A stretch of 64,000 nucleotides of DNA from Octopus vulgaris (lineage: Eukaryota): the NCBI GenBank assembly GCA_951406725.2, contig OX597822.1, forward strand, positions 84,072,001 through 84,136,000, read 5' to 3'. This document shows, piece by piece, positions 13,790-27,139 of this stretch. How positions within the stretch are numbered: the stretch's first letter is position 1; every line of letters starts with the position of its first letter. Made by a program: the position numbers and the translations under genes. The notes under the pieces are model-generated. The model worked only from the letters and a program-made list of their open reading frames with translations. It was not told the origin of the DNA and searched no databases.

Positions 13790-13864
13790 AATTCATAAAT
13801 AAGGACAAACGAAAAAAATTCTAATGCCATTAGAAATTTTTTCGTTTGCCCTTATTTATGAATT
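13790..13864. repeat. Near-perfect palindrome (~36 bp arms)
   Basis: aattcataaataaggacaaacgaaaaaaattctaatg-c-cattagaaattttttcgtttgcccttatttatgaatt. Confidence 0.9.
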
Positions 13865-13974
13865 ATATATATATATATAAGTTCAGCAGAATTTAGATTC
13901 AGATGAATATGGTACTTAAGTTAGAGGCACCAGAATTTTGTATGGTATTATCCACATAAATCAAATGGGGGGAT

Positions 13975-14284
13975 TATAATCAAAATAAGCAACAAGGATA
14001 TCCAAGGTAGAGTAGTACAATTGCTACTTCATTTTATTAAACACTGTAAGTATTACATCAGTTTTAAAATGTCGAGCAATCTTCAGCCACATATAGAATT
14101 TTCCAATTAAACGGAAATAGGGATAAGAATGGGCATTGTCCGTTTAACTGGAAAATTCTATATGTGGCTGAAGATTGCTCGACATTTTAAAACTGATGTA
14201 ATACTTAGTGTTTAATAAAATGAAGTAGCATGAAACAATTGTACTACTCTACCTTGGATATCCTTGTTGCTTATTTTGATTATA
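13975..14284. repeat. Foldback (arms ~140 bp, ~23 bp spacer)
   Basis: 13975-14115 is the reverse complement of about 14139-14284, apart from small indels. Confidence 0.9.
14164..14247 (+). ncRNA. Type I hammerhead ribozyme-like motif with long stem II, in right arm of the foldback
   Basis: gugg CUGAAGA u-ugcu..cauuuua..uaaaaug..agca-u GAAA CAAUUG UA cuac. Palindromic stem III ACAAUUGU, GUA site after 14243, 4-bp stem I. Confidence 0.65.
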
Positions 14285-14294
14285 TACACATTCA

Positions 14295-14410
14295 CAATTT
14301 AATTGTTTTTCATGCTTTACTCCAAGTTGAAAAAGTTGCAAAGACTGAAACCTGTTCTAAAATGTTCATGATAAAACTGTTTTAGCATTTCCTACCTTGT
14401 CTTATTTTCT
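14295..14410 (+). mobile_element. Decayed copy of the hammerhead module at 51001-51110
   Basis: Aligns to the reverse complement of 51001-51110. Contains UUGAAAA agu-ugcaaag-acu GAAA ccug UU at 14324-14359. Confidence 0.6.
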
Positions 14411-14503
14411 TCATATATATATATATATAACTGACTCAAGAGATGAGAATATCTTGCATCGCATTTGATAAATGCAACTATGTATGTATATATGTATACA
14501 TGC

Positions 14504-14602
<99 letters not shown>

Positions 14603-15557
14603 TATGTACATGCATATATACATGTGTCTATGTACATGCATATATAAAGAGAGAGACATTTATGTCTACATACATACAGGCATACAGATACACATATGCA
14701 CACATTAGCTTTAAATAAGTATCATTCAGTTCAATAAATCGATATATTTGGCTCTGCAAGCAGCTGGATCAAGATTTTGTAAGATCGATAAACACTTAAT
14801 AACGACCATCCTGATGTTCATTATTTTTTTCTTGTAGTTGTCGCTTAGCAAAAGTCATGTGTACTGTCCCAATTTTTCTCTAAGGCCACATTGATAACCA
14901 GACATGGTGGAGAAGTGCATTCAGCATAAATTGAGACTGATTCCCAATAACCGAAGTGAATGAAATGCCTTAAAGTGGTACGATATTTGCTTTTCTAAGC
15001 CTTATTCTTCTTTACAACAGTGAGAACTTAATCGCATGTTTTGTATTGTGATGGATGTAAAGTCCTTGCCAAATGTCTTATTTAAATCGATGAATTTCTG
15101 TGTCCATATAGCTGATCGTCCTACTATCCTCTCCCAGTGTTGGGATATTATCTATCTTTTGTGCGAGGAGTGACTGTGAAAGTGGGGTGATAAGGTTCTC
15201 ATACAGGATGGAAGGATTTTTAAAAGGTCCAGGTCCGTGAAGTGATACATCCACCCCTTTGTAATACCTTTTCTACTTTTTTTCTGTTCTCTGATCCGCC
15301 TTTATCAATCGTGGGTGCTACGTATGAATTCTAAGGGTCATAGAGCTGTTTTATCAGATAAAAATTGCCACTAATAGAGCTCCTACCTGAAACTTTTTAT
15401 TTTCCTCTCACCAGCTCTCTTACATCATTAGTATATTATTCGATTCTTTAAGTAATGCAATAAATTTGTGTTCAATGAAAAATTACTAATAAACATTTAT
15501 ATACTATAAAACTTATTAACCGCAAACAGGGCGTTACTTCTGCCCGACCCTGCATAT

Positions 15558-15649
<92 letters not shown>

Positions 15650-15740
15650 AGTGGAGATAGATACATTGGCCCACGTATATTGTCTCACTACCAAATTCTT
15701 TCTTGAAAAATATTCTTTAATCCATGGCCAGAGCGGAAGA

Positions 15741-16108
15741 ATTTGTCCAAGCTGACGCACAATGGAACGATACTTCAAGTCCGAAAATCCTGTCTGCTTC
15801 GACAGTTAACCAACAACCAGAATTATATAACACACAATATAGCATTATTATTTTAAATACGAAACCACATTAAACTCGGCTCTGAATTGCTTGTTCTCGT
15901 TTCACTGAATTTTAGACCCGGATAAGCAGATATGTGATGAGAAAAGTTCCAGTGGCAATCAACTTTGTTATCAGTGAATATTTTTCTTAAATTATCCACA
16001 ACCTTAAGATTAGCGTTAAACCTGTTATACATGTGTAAGCGTGAATGAGTAAGTATGAAAAGATATAAAACCCCCACTACATATATGTGTATGCGTATGC
16101 TTTGTGTT

Positions 16109-16163
<55 letters not shown>

Positions 16164-16668
16164 TCACATATAAAGTGAGAGCAGTCCTAGTATAATAAAT
16201 ATTATTAAATAGATATACGTTTTGGCTGCATTTTACGGTGGCTGCAATGGCGTAGTGGTGTATATAACTCTCATGTCGCCGGTATATATATATATATACA
16301 AGCACAAAGCATACGCATACACATATATGTAGTGGGGGTTTTATATCTTTTCATACTTACTCATTCACGCTTACACATGTATAACAGGTTTAACGCTAAT
16401 CTTAAGGTTGTGGATAATTTAAGAAAAATATTCACTGATAACAAAGTTGATTGCTACTGGAACTTTTCTCATCACATATCTGCTTATCCGGGTCTAAAAT
16501 TCAGTGAAACGAGAACAAGAAATTCAGAGCTGAGTTTAATGTGGTTTCGTATTTAAAATAATAATGGTATATTGTGTGTTATATAATTCTGGTTGTTCGT
16601 TAACTGTCGAAGCAGACAGGATTTTCGGACTTGAAGTACCGTTCCATTGTGCGTCAGCTTAGACAAAT
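15741..16668. repeat. Large near-perfect inverted repeat (arms ~370 bp) bounded by (TA)n
   Basis: 15741-~16115 versus ~16292-16668, with few mismatches. The ORF track shows the same peptide on both strands (15853..16305- and 16332..16556+). Confidence 0.95.
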
Positions 16669-16699
16669 ATATATATATATATATACACACATATATATA

Positions 16700-16794
<95 letters not shown>

Positions 16795-17077
16795 ATCAAT
16801 ATAGGGTGGCAAAAAAAATTTTGTAGAATTCTTTTGCCACCAGCGGCCTAGTAGGAAAAAATTAAAATAGTCATAGACCATTTTTAAGGCTTGATTTAAT
16901 TTAATCAGGTTAGTTTACCATTAATCAGCAGATGAAACGGTATATCGTATAAGAAATTACAGGGTAAATGTTTTTTAAATTTTCTCCTGGTTTACTGAAT
17001 TAACTTTTATTTGCGGTTGAAGCTTTGGCTGTTATTTCTAGTGGGTGAATGGCCTATTATGGCCGTTCCTTTATTGT

Positions 17078-17235
<158 letters not shown>

Positions 17236-17403
17236 ATTAATCATTTGTTTCAGCCATTAGACTACGGCCAAGCAGGGGCATCGTCATAAAGAACTTTTAC
17301 TTGAACGAATCGACCCCAATATTGTTTTTATAAGACTGGTATTTATTCTATTTGTTTTCTTTTGTCATTGGTTACTGGTTCGTAAACATATCAACACACA
17401 CAC

Positions 17404-17441
<38 letters not shown>

Positions 17442-17484
17442 GACAGCCTTTTTTCCTTTTCCTCCAACCAAATCCACAAAGACT

Positions 17485-17546
<62 letters not shown>

Positions 17547-18173
17547 CTCATAGATTCACTGGTGCAAACATTCCTATAACTTATATAGAATTACTTTCAT
17601 GCGTAAACACATCACCCTCAAACGTGTATATATGTTTCCGTTTGTTTGTATGTATATGTACATATTTATATATTGATAACCATTTGAATGTGTAAAAACA
17701 TTTACACTTATGAACACACACACACTTACACACATATATAAGCACATTTATGGCCTTATGGATATGTACGTGTGTGTGTGTGTGTGTGCCCGTTCGTGTG
17801 ATTATGTACTTGTTTTCAGTCTGACGTTACAGGTATAAAACCCGATTGCACTTCAGTATCGACCGTACACACCTTTATCTTATTGATTAATCTGAAGAAT
17901 ATGAGCTTCTCAGATTTCGACCACCTTTCGCAATGTAACATACAAGTTAAGGTCTAAAATTAACCCCACAGTGATATGGAGATCGAGGAATCGATGAAGG
18001 AATAAATCGATGAATAAAAGAAACATCGGGTAAGCAATAAACTTTCGCAGATCAACGCCTTTCTTTTTCTCTCATATACACACACATTCTCTCTATTTAC
18101 ATATATATACATATTCATATATACATAAATATATGTATACATACATATTTATGTGTGTATATAAATATTTCCA

Positions 18174-18228
<55 letters not shown>

Positions 18229-18700
18229 ATGCGTATATTTGTTGATTTTAAATTATATCAATCATTGGACTGCAGCCATGCAAATAAATCACTTTAAGAG
18301 GCTTTTAGTCGATGGCATCAGTGCCAGGACGTATGGCTGTCTGGTAGTTATGTGATCGATTTTTATTCATCAGGTGCTTGGGTAACCTTTTGACGTAAAG
18401 GGACAAGACTTAGTGCACCGTTTTATATCATACGTACACACAACCATGAAATCACGCAGACATACCCTCAGTCATATATGTGTGTGTGTGTGTGTGTGTA
18501 CATAAGTGTGTGTATGCACACACACGCGCTCCCGCCCATGCATACATACAAACACACAAACACACACATAAACACACTTACAGACACGCATATATATATA
18601 TATATATATAGACAAAGAGAGAGAGAAAGAGAAAGAGAGACAGTCAAATAGACAGTCAAATGGTGTGGAGAGAGAGATGAATAGTGGAGAGAGAGGGAGA

Positions 18701-18778
<78 letters not shown>

Positions 18779-19020
18779 CGTGCGTGCGAGAGAGAGACAT
18801 AAAGGCAGAACGTATATACTTAAGTTAACTGACACTATTACATATATTCAATAAACATACAGACGCAGCCTTCATGTACAAATACACTCCGCATTTAAAC
18901 TACAAGTTTCTTTTTGTGCTGAAACAACAAAAGAACACCTCATCTGTTTTTACAAGCTCCTCGGGAATGATTATTGTTATTATTCTCTCTCTTCTCTCTT
19001 TTTTTCGCTCTGTCTCTCCC

Positions 19021-19086
<66 letters not shown>

Positions 19087-19121
19087 GTCTAATATAGCGG
19101 CATTTTCAAACTTCATTTTTT

Positions 19122-19169
<48 letters not shown>

Positions 19170-19179
19170 TCTTTTTCTC

Positions 19180-19691
<512 letters not shown>

Positions 19692-19815
19692 ATGGGGGTT
19701 TAGTTCACAGGTGATCTAAACGAATTAGGTACGCTAGGTAAGTGCTCCAAGGTTATAACCGAGACGGTAGTTATGGAGCCATTGCCAATTTCCGATGCTG
19801 GGGATTATATATTTA

Positions 19816-19957
19816 TTAAAGAGAACAACAAACATTAAGGTATGGCAAACGTCTAAAATCGTATACAGTATTATTATCGGGAAAAAATGTTTCCAATAAT
19901 AATATTGTATGCAATTTGAAATGTTTGCCTTGCCTTAATGCTTGTTGTCCTCTTTAA
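19816..19957. repeat. Imperfect hairpin (~70 bp arms)
   Basis: ttaaagagaacaacaaacattaagg... pairs with ...ccttaatgcttgttgtcctctttaa around a few-nucleotide loop. Confidence 0.8.
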
Positions 19958-19960
19958 CAC

Positions 19961-20038
<78 letters not shown>

Positions 20039-20999
20039 CAACAACCAGAAGTACTAACATATATGTTTCGTGTGTTTTTCCGCTGCGATAGCGAAAATAC
20101 ATGAAGCATATACGCTTGTTATATGTGGTTGTTAATATCTATTATACCAGAAGTGTTTTTATGTTATATGTAAATATTATGTGCGTGTGTGTGTGTGTTA
20201 GTGTGTGTCTTTTATATCTATGTATATATGTATACACAAAGTGTATAGATATATAATGTGTGTATACATGCATACACATATACATCTCAACGCTTCTAAA
20301 AAAGCGAACCTAGTTTATATACATCGTGATTTCACATAAAGCATCTATAAAAGTTCAAAAATTGCAGAAGAATTTGTTAGTCAGCAGTTTATTTTAAAGG
20401 TAAAGCTCAATGACCAGTAATCACAGGGATGTGAGTTCGAGTCTCATTGCTAGCTGCTAACAAAATTTTCTGCAATATAAGGATGTTCTATGCTATTCAG
20501 CATTATCATTATGCGTTTGAGAGTAAAATATTTCCATATCTGTATATTTTAATACATATGTATTTATGTGTGTTTGTATATTCGTTTTCATAGACCATGT
20601 TCTGAATCATCGGGAAATTTTAAAATAGTTATTTTTATAAAATTGATGAAAAGCAAATATGTCTAAAACAATAGGTCGCAATAAAGAAACCAAAAACATT
20701 TACTCGGGAAAAAGTGGACAAATCGATCCATGAAGAGCAATCCACGCGTTTGTATACAGCCATGGTAAAATTACACCAGAGAAACGTGCAGGCATTTAAC
20801 CGTGAAATTAAAAGCTTTATTCATACAAGCGAGAAAGGAAATCTATGTATATTTATTATCATATTTCGAATGAAGGTCTTTTTAAGGAAGCTGTCCGATT
20901 GCAAATGTAGCAATAAATAATATATCGTAATGTTTGAGTAATGCTCTTTAAATGGCACTTAACTAGACTCCCAACGGTTACTCCAAATGTTGAGTCACA

Positions 21000-21460
21000 C
21001 TATCAGCAAGGATATTTCCTAACGAAAGTTTATATTGAACATACCTGGGGCGGCAGACCAACAACTAGTCTTTTCTACAAGTTCAGAAAACAGTTCAGCT
21101 TCCAACTATTCCTGATCCTATTTCTGAAATGGTGCCGTTGCAACGCACCGACATCATGAACTACTTCCAGTAAAGGGCCACTCGACTGATTGGCACTAAG
21201 TCACTCAGACAGGCTCCTGCTTCTGGTTCTCAGACGTGCTCCCTGTTCTCTGTTTTTTTTTCTCTCACTACTATAATGGCCTCTGTTCCTCGAAGCTTCT
21301 AACTCCTCCACTCAGGCACTGTCGACTCACTCATCTCTCTACGTCTTGTCACCTTTGTTTTTCTCCGCACTAACCTCTACCCCCAGTCCCTCCTCCACAG
21401 AACTTTCTCCCACTGGAATATTCTCCTTGCTCATATCTTTCTTACAGGTGTTAACTCGCC
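21000..21460 (+). mobile_element. CR1/Jockey-group LINE 3' remnant
   Basis: Translates in pieces as HTWGG...; KRATRLIG-like; HYYNGLCSSKL; RTNLYPQSLLHRTFSHWNILLAHIF, typical of the RT C-terminus. Confidence 0.6.
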
Positions 21461-21664
21461 ATATACTTAGTAATTACATTAAATTTTTAATATTAAAAGT
21501 CTAAAAAGGAAGGCAAAGGGGCAAAGGCCATAGTCACTCTAGTTTCAAACTTTGAGGGTTAACGGTTAAAATTTGGGTTTATTCCTGTCGGTGCGCTTTT
21601 TATTTCCGTAAGAGAGTTTATTGTTTTAGCATAGCTACATTTCTATTTGAACAACTTCATAGAA

Positions 21665-21721
<57 letters not shown>

Positions 21722-21765
21722 AACACACATACACACATATATATGTAGACGGCAAGAAAGAGAAA

Positions 21766-21825
<60 letters not shown>

Positions 21826-21826
21826 C

Positions 21827-21861
<35 letters not shown>

Positions 21862-22193
21862 GAAAAGGAAATAGAGAGAGAAAGAAAGAGAGAGAGCGCA
21901 TCTTACCAATCTTAGCATTGAAAAATACGATGCGCAGCATCCACTACTTCCGCTCTTGCCTCCCAAACTGCACCCCCACCGACTTATGGAAATAAAGGAT
22001 ACATTATATTATGTTGTTTTAGATACTAGTATATCTGAAAGAGCGTTTGGCCACGGCTGAAATACCTTTCATTATATGTCTACTAAATGACTGGTGGGGA
22101 GATGTGAAATGATAACAACAACAACAGCAGCAACAACAGCAAAATCGAGAGAGAAACCTCTCTGCGGTTGTTCATTATTCTAGCAATGGTAAA

Positions 22194-22590
22194 GGCGGCG
22201 AGCTGGCAGAAACGTCAGCACGCCGGGCGAAATGCGTAGCCGTATTTCGTTTGCCGTTTCGGTTCTGAGTTCAAATTCCGCCGAGGTCGACTTTGCCTTT
22301 CATTCTTTCGGGGTCGATTAAATAAGTACCAGTTACGCACTGGGGTCGATGTAATCGACTTAATCCGTTTGTCTGTCCTTGTTTGTCCCCTCTGCGTTTA
22401 GCCCCTTGTGGGTAGTAAAGAAATAGGTATTTCGTCTGCCGCTACGTTCTGAGTTCAAATTCCGCCGAAGTAGACTTTGCCTTTCATCCATTCGGGGTCG
22501 ATAAATTAAGTACCAGTTGCGTACTGGGGTAGATCTAATCGACTGGCCCCCTCCCCAAAAATTTCGGGCCTTGTGCCTAGAGTAGAAAAG
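22194..22590 (+). mobile_element. tRNA-derived SINE, family C (dimeric body)
   Basis: ggcggcgagctggcagaaacg...gagttcaaattccgccgaggtcgactttgcctttcatcctttcggggtcgat, with the body repeated. Further copies at 23380-23590(-), 25960-26170(+), 30110-30270(-), 34670-34878(-), 42700-43030(+), 54415-54600(-), 54636-54840(+), 61885-62065(+) and 62096-62330(+). Confidence 0.9.
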
Positions 22591-24382
22591 ATTATTCTAG
22601 CAATGGCATAAGATACATTGTGTCTGAAATTTCGAAGAACGGATATTCGCAGCTGCAGTATCTGTTTGATTATTGGACTGCTTGATCAGTTGTGACCTGC
22701 AGCTAAGTAACACCAAACACAACCATGAACCTTTCTCTACGTGTTTATCTGCCAAAATCAGTCATCAGCACGCTACGGTAAATAAAGTATAATTTTCTCT
22801 AACAAACGCGCTCAAAAACTGAAAGAAACAAATGAGAAATAATAGCAAATTCTCTCTGAAATCACACCGGACAATCAAAAACGGGATGGTCACGGCTGGA
22901 ACACATTTGACCATAAATCTGCTCAAGGCTAAGCAGCACAATGTCCAAATACTAATACTGAATTAAACAATGTCCAGTAGATTAGATGGTTTGTGCATTA
23001 GCATCAGCAGTTAGTTGCTGACTGTTTCACATATTATTCATATGATTATATAAATATTATATATGATCCAGTAATAGCTGTGCATTTGCACGTCATCAGG
23101 TGAGTAGCTTTGAGAGCACTGCTGGATCACCAATAGTTTCCTATCGCTTTGCACCCATATTCCACTTTTAGCATTCACTTAACAAAAAGTAACACGTAGA
23201 TTCAAGCATACACGAATCGTAAAAATACCAAAATAAATTAATAGAAATAAAAATCCAAAGTGTAAATTATAAAATAAATAGACCTAAATTAATCAATGGA
23301 AATAAAGATATCCAGACCTTTCTTTAGCAAGTACCTGTCTTGTTATTTATGAAGATAGATTAATACACTAATATAATAATCTTTTCTACTCTAGGAACAA
23401 GGCTCCAAATTTTGTGGGGAGGTGGGGCAGTCGATAATATCGACCCCAGTATGCAACTGGTACTTAATTTATCGTCACCGAAAGGATGAAAGGCAAAGTC
23501 GACCTCGACGGAATTTGAACTCAGAACGTAACGGCAGACGAAATACCAATTTCTTTATTGCCCACAGGAGGCCAAATACAGAAATGGACAAAACAACTGA
23601 TTGGGATCAGTAATAGGTTATGATTTTACATAAAATATGAATATAAAAATTATATAAAATATTTAAAAAATCGAATGAAATTAACAATACAGAGACAACA
23701 CAAATTAGCGATGATCAGGCCAGGCTCCGACTCCACAAGCCCCGATCTATCACTGTTACCTTTTTTTGTTCTTTTATAGCCTATTCGCACGGTTCCTTGC
23801 ACGCACAGCACTCGTGCAACATGCTTCCATCTCTCCATCTTTTTTTGAACATAAGTTATGGCGCAAGTATAAAACTCATTTCTTATGACTTTATAACAAG
23901 CACAAAGTTACACAGTTAACAAAAAATCTTAAAATCTTATAATCACATCTGCTAGATTTTGAATAACCATGAATAGGGAAGAACAAGAATAAGGATCGGG
24001 TCAATGGGCAGAAGGGGAAGGGGGGATAGACTAAGTACACTACATATTTTCATTTAGGGTTGAACCGTTGAACTATAACGAGGGGAGAAATAGGAAAGTT
24101 GTTAATTTGATCAAAAAAGCTGACGTAATATTATTAAACTTCGAAAGTTAACAATATACTTCGTATCATTTATAATATTTTTGGCAAATGCAACATAACA
24201 TTAATTTTATTTGAGGTCCAGAAAGAAAATACAGGTAAAATAGATTGGAAGTGATAATTGAAATCAATTCCGCATTAATAGGACTGTTGTTGCTTCTTTC
24301 AAAGAATTTTTTTTTGTGCAGTGATAGGACACTGATTTTTGTGATTTTTTTTCAAAGTGATACATGCAACTAACTTCACAGT

Positions 24383-24537
24383 TCTATATTTAAGAGATTA
24401 GGAATTATGTACATTATTTACATTATTTACAATTGACGGATATTTGTCTTCATCTTGTCTGATATACCCTCCAGCCCTCATCAGGTATATTGGGGGAACC
24501 TGGGTTCTCATTCCTAAGTTATTTTTCGATGTTGTTG

Positions 24538-24574
<37 letters not shown>

Positions 24575-24658
24575 TGTCACTGCTTGGAATCGAACTCGGA
24601 ATCTTGGGGTTAGTAGCCCGCGCTCTTGACCAATACGCCATATATAATGTAAATAATG
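24383..24658 (-). mobile_element. tRNA-headed SINE with hammerhead-bearing tail (copy 1), 12-bp target-site duplication
   Basis: Minus strand: tRNA-like head (A/B boxes), (AAT)n(AAC)n, then auac CUGAUGA gggcug..cag with the GAAA half deleted, then tail. Flanked by taacttcacagt at 24371-24382 and 24659-24670. Homologous to 55096-55516. Confidence 0.8.
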
Positions 24659-24738
24659 TAACTTCACAGTGATAAGACGCTGACGTTTTAAATTTGGTAT
24701 TCAAATGCTTTTTAACGGATATATACATTTGAAGTAAG

Positions 24739-25370
24739 ATGGCGAAAACAAGATCCAGTAAAGAAATATTTCCTATTAGTAAAACACATTCGGACATTCA
24801 AGACAGCCAACTGCCTACAAACGAAGAAATTTTGCAATATCTCTATCACATTAAGCCAAACAATCTTAAAATGCAAGAAAAGCACATTGTTTGTTGTGAC
24901 ACATGATCAGCGACCGAAATGTGATAGTGACTGTGGTTGTTTGCTGAATAAGATTGTTTCAATACATAACAGAGTGGGAAAACCAACAATTAGAATAGAT
25001 CATGTGAAGGAGAAAGTTCTAGATTCAAAAAGCTGGTGTCTCTGGAAAGTAGGAAAGGTTTAAAAGAGCAGGAGAACCGAGTGAATTTCACTGAAAAGTT
25101 GTTGCCTGACTTTTTTGACATAATGCCCAAAGATGCAGAGGACATCATAAAAAAAAGCAAGGAAAGAGCTAAGAAAGGCAACCGTAAAGACTTCATGTTC
25201 ATGCGAGATTAATGAGGGGGTCCCAGAAAATGTATGACTGGCGGAAAAGATTCAAGGCACACCAAAGCTGTTGAGAGACAGGAAAAGCAAAAGGAAAGAT
25301 TATTTAACGACGAGTATCAGCCAAGGACTAGGAACCCTCCACATGAACAAAAGGGGCAAACAGCCTGAAC
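24739..25370 (+). pseudogene. Decayed transposase-like N-terminal coding remnant (DNA transposon, family uncertain)
   Basis: MAKTRSSKEIF..QLPTNEEILQYLYH..KIVSIHNRVGKPTI..KEKV..FTEKLLPDFFDI..KDFMFMRD**GGPRK..GGKD resembles a recurrent invertebrate transposon-protein pattern (recognised from memory only). Contains stops and frameshifts. Confidence 0.45.
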
Positions 25371-25920
25371 TGCAGCCTCCTGGGTGGTTTGCAATGGCAG
25401 TTAAATGTATTTCAAATATTTCATTCGGGTTTCCCATGCTTAAGTGCTAAATGGACAATAAACATCTAATCATAATATTTTCTGTTAAAAATCAGCTGAA
25501 TTGGTATGTATTGGGGATTCTTTTTATAGTGTAACTCATATTATATACGTTAAAAATAAATTCAATAATGTATGTTGGAAGGTTGTTGATTTATGATTTA
25601 AAAATGTTTGCCAGTCATGTTATATTGTGCTTGTCATTAAATAATTAAAAATAAATTATGCACCTTCACCATAATTTTCGAGCATAATTTAGATCCACAT
25701 GAGACTTATGAAACAAATATTAAACAGATACCTTTCGATTTGACACTACATAAAAATGTTCAATTTTGATCCCCAAAAAACCCGCATTTGTTGTTTCAAC
25801 TTGAGGAGGTTTGCGTAGTCACTTTGTATACCTCATTTTTTCACCCAAATTCTGTGAGTGAGGGTATCAACTAAACCCCATTCCTGAAAACTTTAGTCCT
25901 TGCACCAAATCTTGACACCA

Positions 25921-25951
<31 letters not shown>

Positions 25952-27068
25952 TATTATTAAGGCGACGACCTGGCAGAATCGTTAGCACGCCGAGCGAAAT
26001 GCTTAGCGGCATTTCGTCCGCCTTGACGTTCTGAGTTCAAATTCTGCCGAAGTCGACTTTGCCTTTCATCCTTTCGGGGTCGATAAACTACGTACCAGGG
26101 AAACATTGGGGTCGATGTAATCGATTATCCCCCTCCCCAAAATTTCAGGCCTTGTACCTAGAGTAAAAAGGATTATTATTTGAATAAGTCATTGGAAACT
26201 TTCTAGGGAAGTTTTTCTTTGATCAATCGATTTAGAGTATTTATTCGAATGATTCTGCCCCTCCACCACACAGATGTTGTAAAAAAGAAACTACACAATC
26301 AAGTTATTTAGGTGGGAGAGTCTCATCTTTAGTTTCCAGGTGAGGGCGCGTGGCTTAATGTTCATGATCGTGAGTTCGATTTCCGGCGCCGCTTTGTGTC
26401 CTCGAGCAAGACACTTTATTCCACGTTGCTCCAGTCCATTCAGTTTGCAACAATGAGTTGTACCTATAATACAAAAGTACCAGCATTGTTACATTTTTTG
26501 TCACGCTGAATCTCCCTGAGAATCACGTTAAGTGTATGCATGTTTGTGCACGTTACTTTCAGGCGCAAGCTGTTCTGTTGATCAATTCAACTGTAACACT
26601 CGTCGTCGTAACCGACGGAGACCAGTTATAATTTCCAAACTCTGTATGTATCGGCCTGTATAGTCCAATATATAGTGTGTCGCAAAATTGTGTTCTTGTT
26701 ATTTGAGACTTTGAGCTGTGAATTGCAAGGAGATTTGGTTGCTATTTCTATCAGGTTGATCGGCAGCGTTTCGCCTCCCCTGTGACGTTGTCTTAATGTG
26801 TAATTGTTTATTTCTGGTATGTTATTGAAAGTTTTAAATCTGAGGAGAATAATCACTGAAATATACAAATATGCAAAACCCAGTGGTTCCTCCCCTAAGA
26901 GTATATATTCATGGGTTTAAGTATGCATAGGGGCATGGCTGTGTTGTTTTAGTATTTATGTGTATGTTTCGTGTATATTTATGTGTATGTTTATGTGTAT
27001 TTATATATATGCTTCCTGTGTGCAAATATATATATATATATGCATATATATCTGTCATCTATCTATCA

Positions 27069-27139
<71 letters not shown>

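Noticed and set aside
15853-16556. Same peptide encoded on both strands, suggesting a duplicated gene
   Set aside because: Explained by the inverted duplication; the peptide has no recognisable motif.
16925-16972. CAGAUGA...GAAA motif between (TA)n tracts
   Set aside because: Core mismatch and no valid UH site or stem I.
19744-19780. gcucca..gguu-au-aacc GAGAC..uggagc, hammerhead-like stems
   Set aside because: The CUGANGA segment is absent and GAAA is mutated; too degenerate to call.
23015-23105. CUGAUGA ... GAAACAGUC on the minus strand
   Set aside because: Stem I cannot be formed and the stem II register is wrong.
24666-24672. CACAGTG as a Transib/RSS-like terminus
   Set aside because: It overlaps the target-site duplication of the adjacent SINE and no matching opposite end was found.
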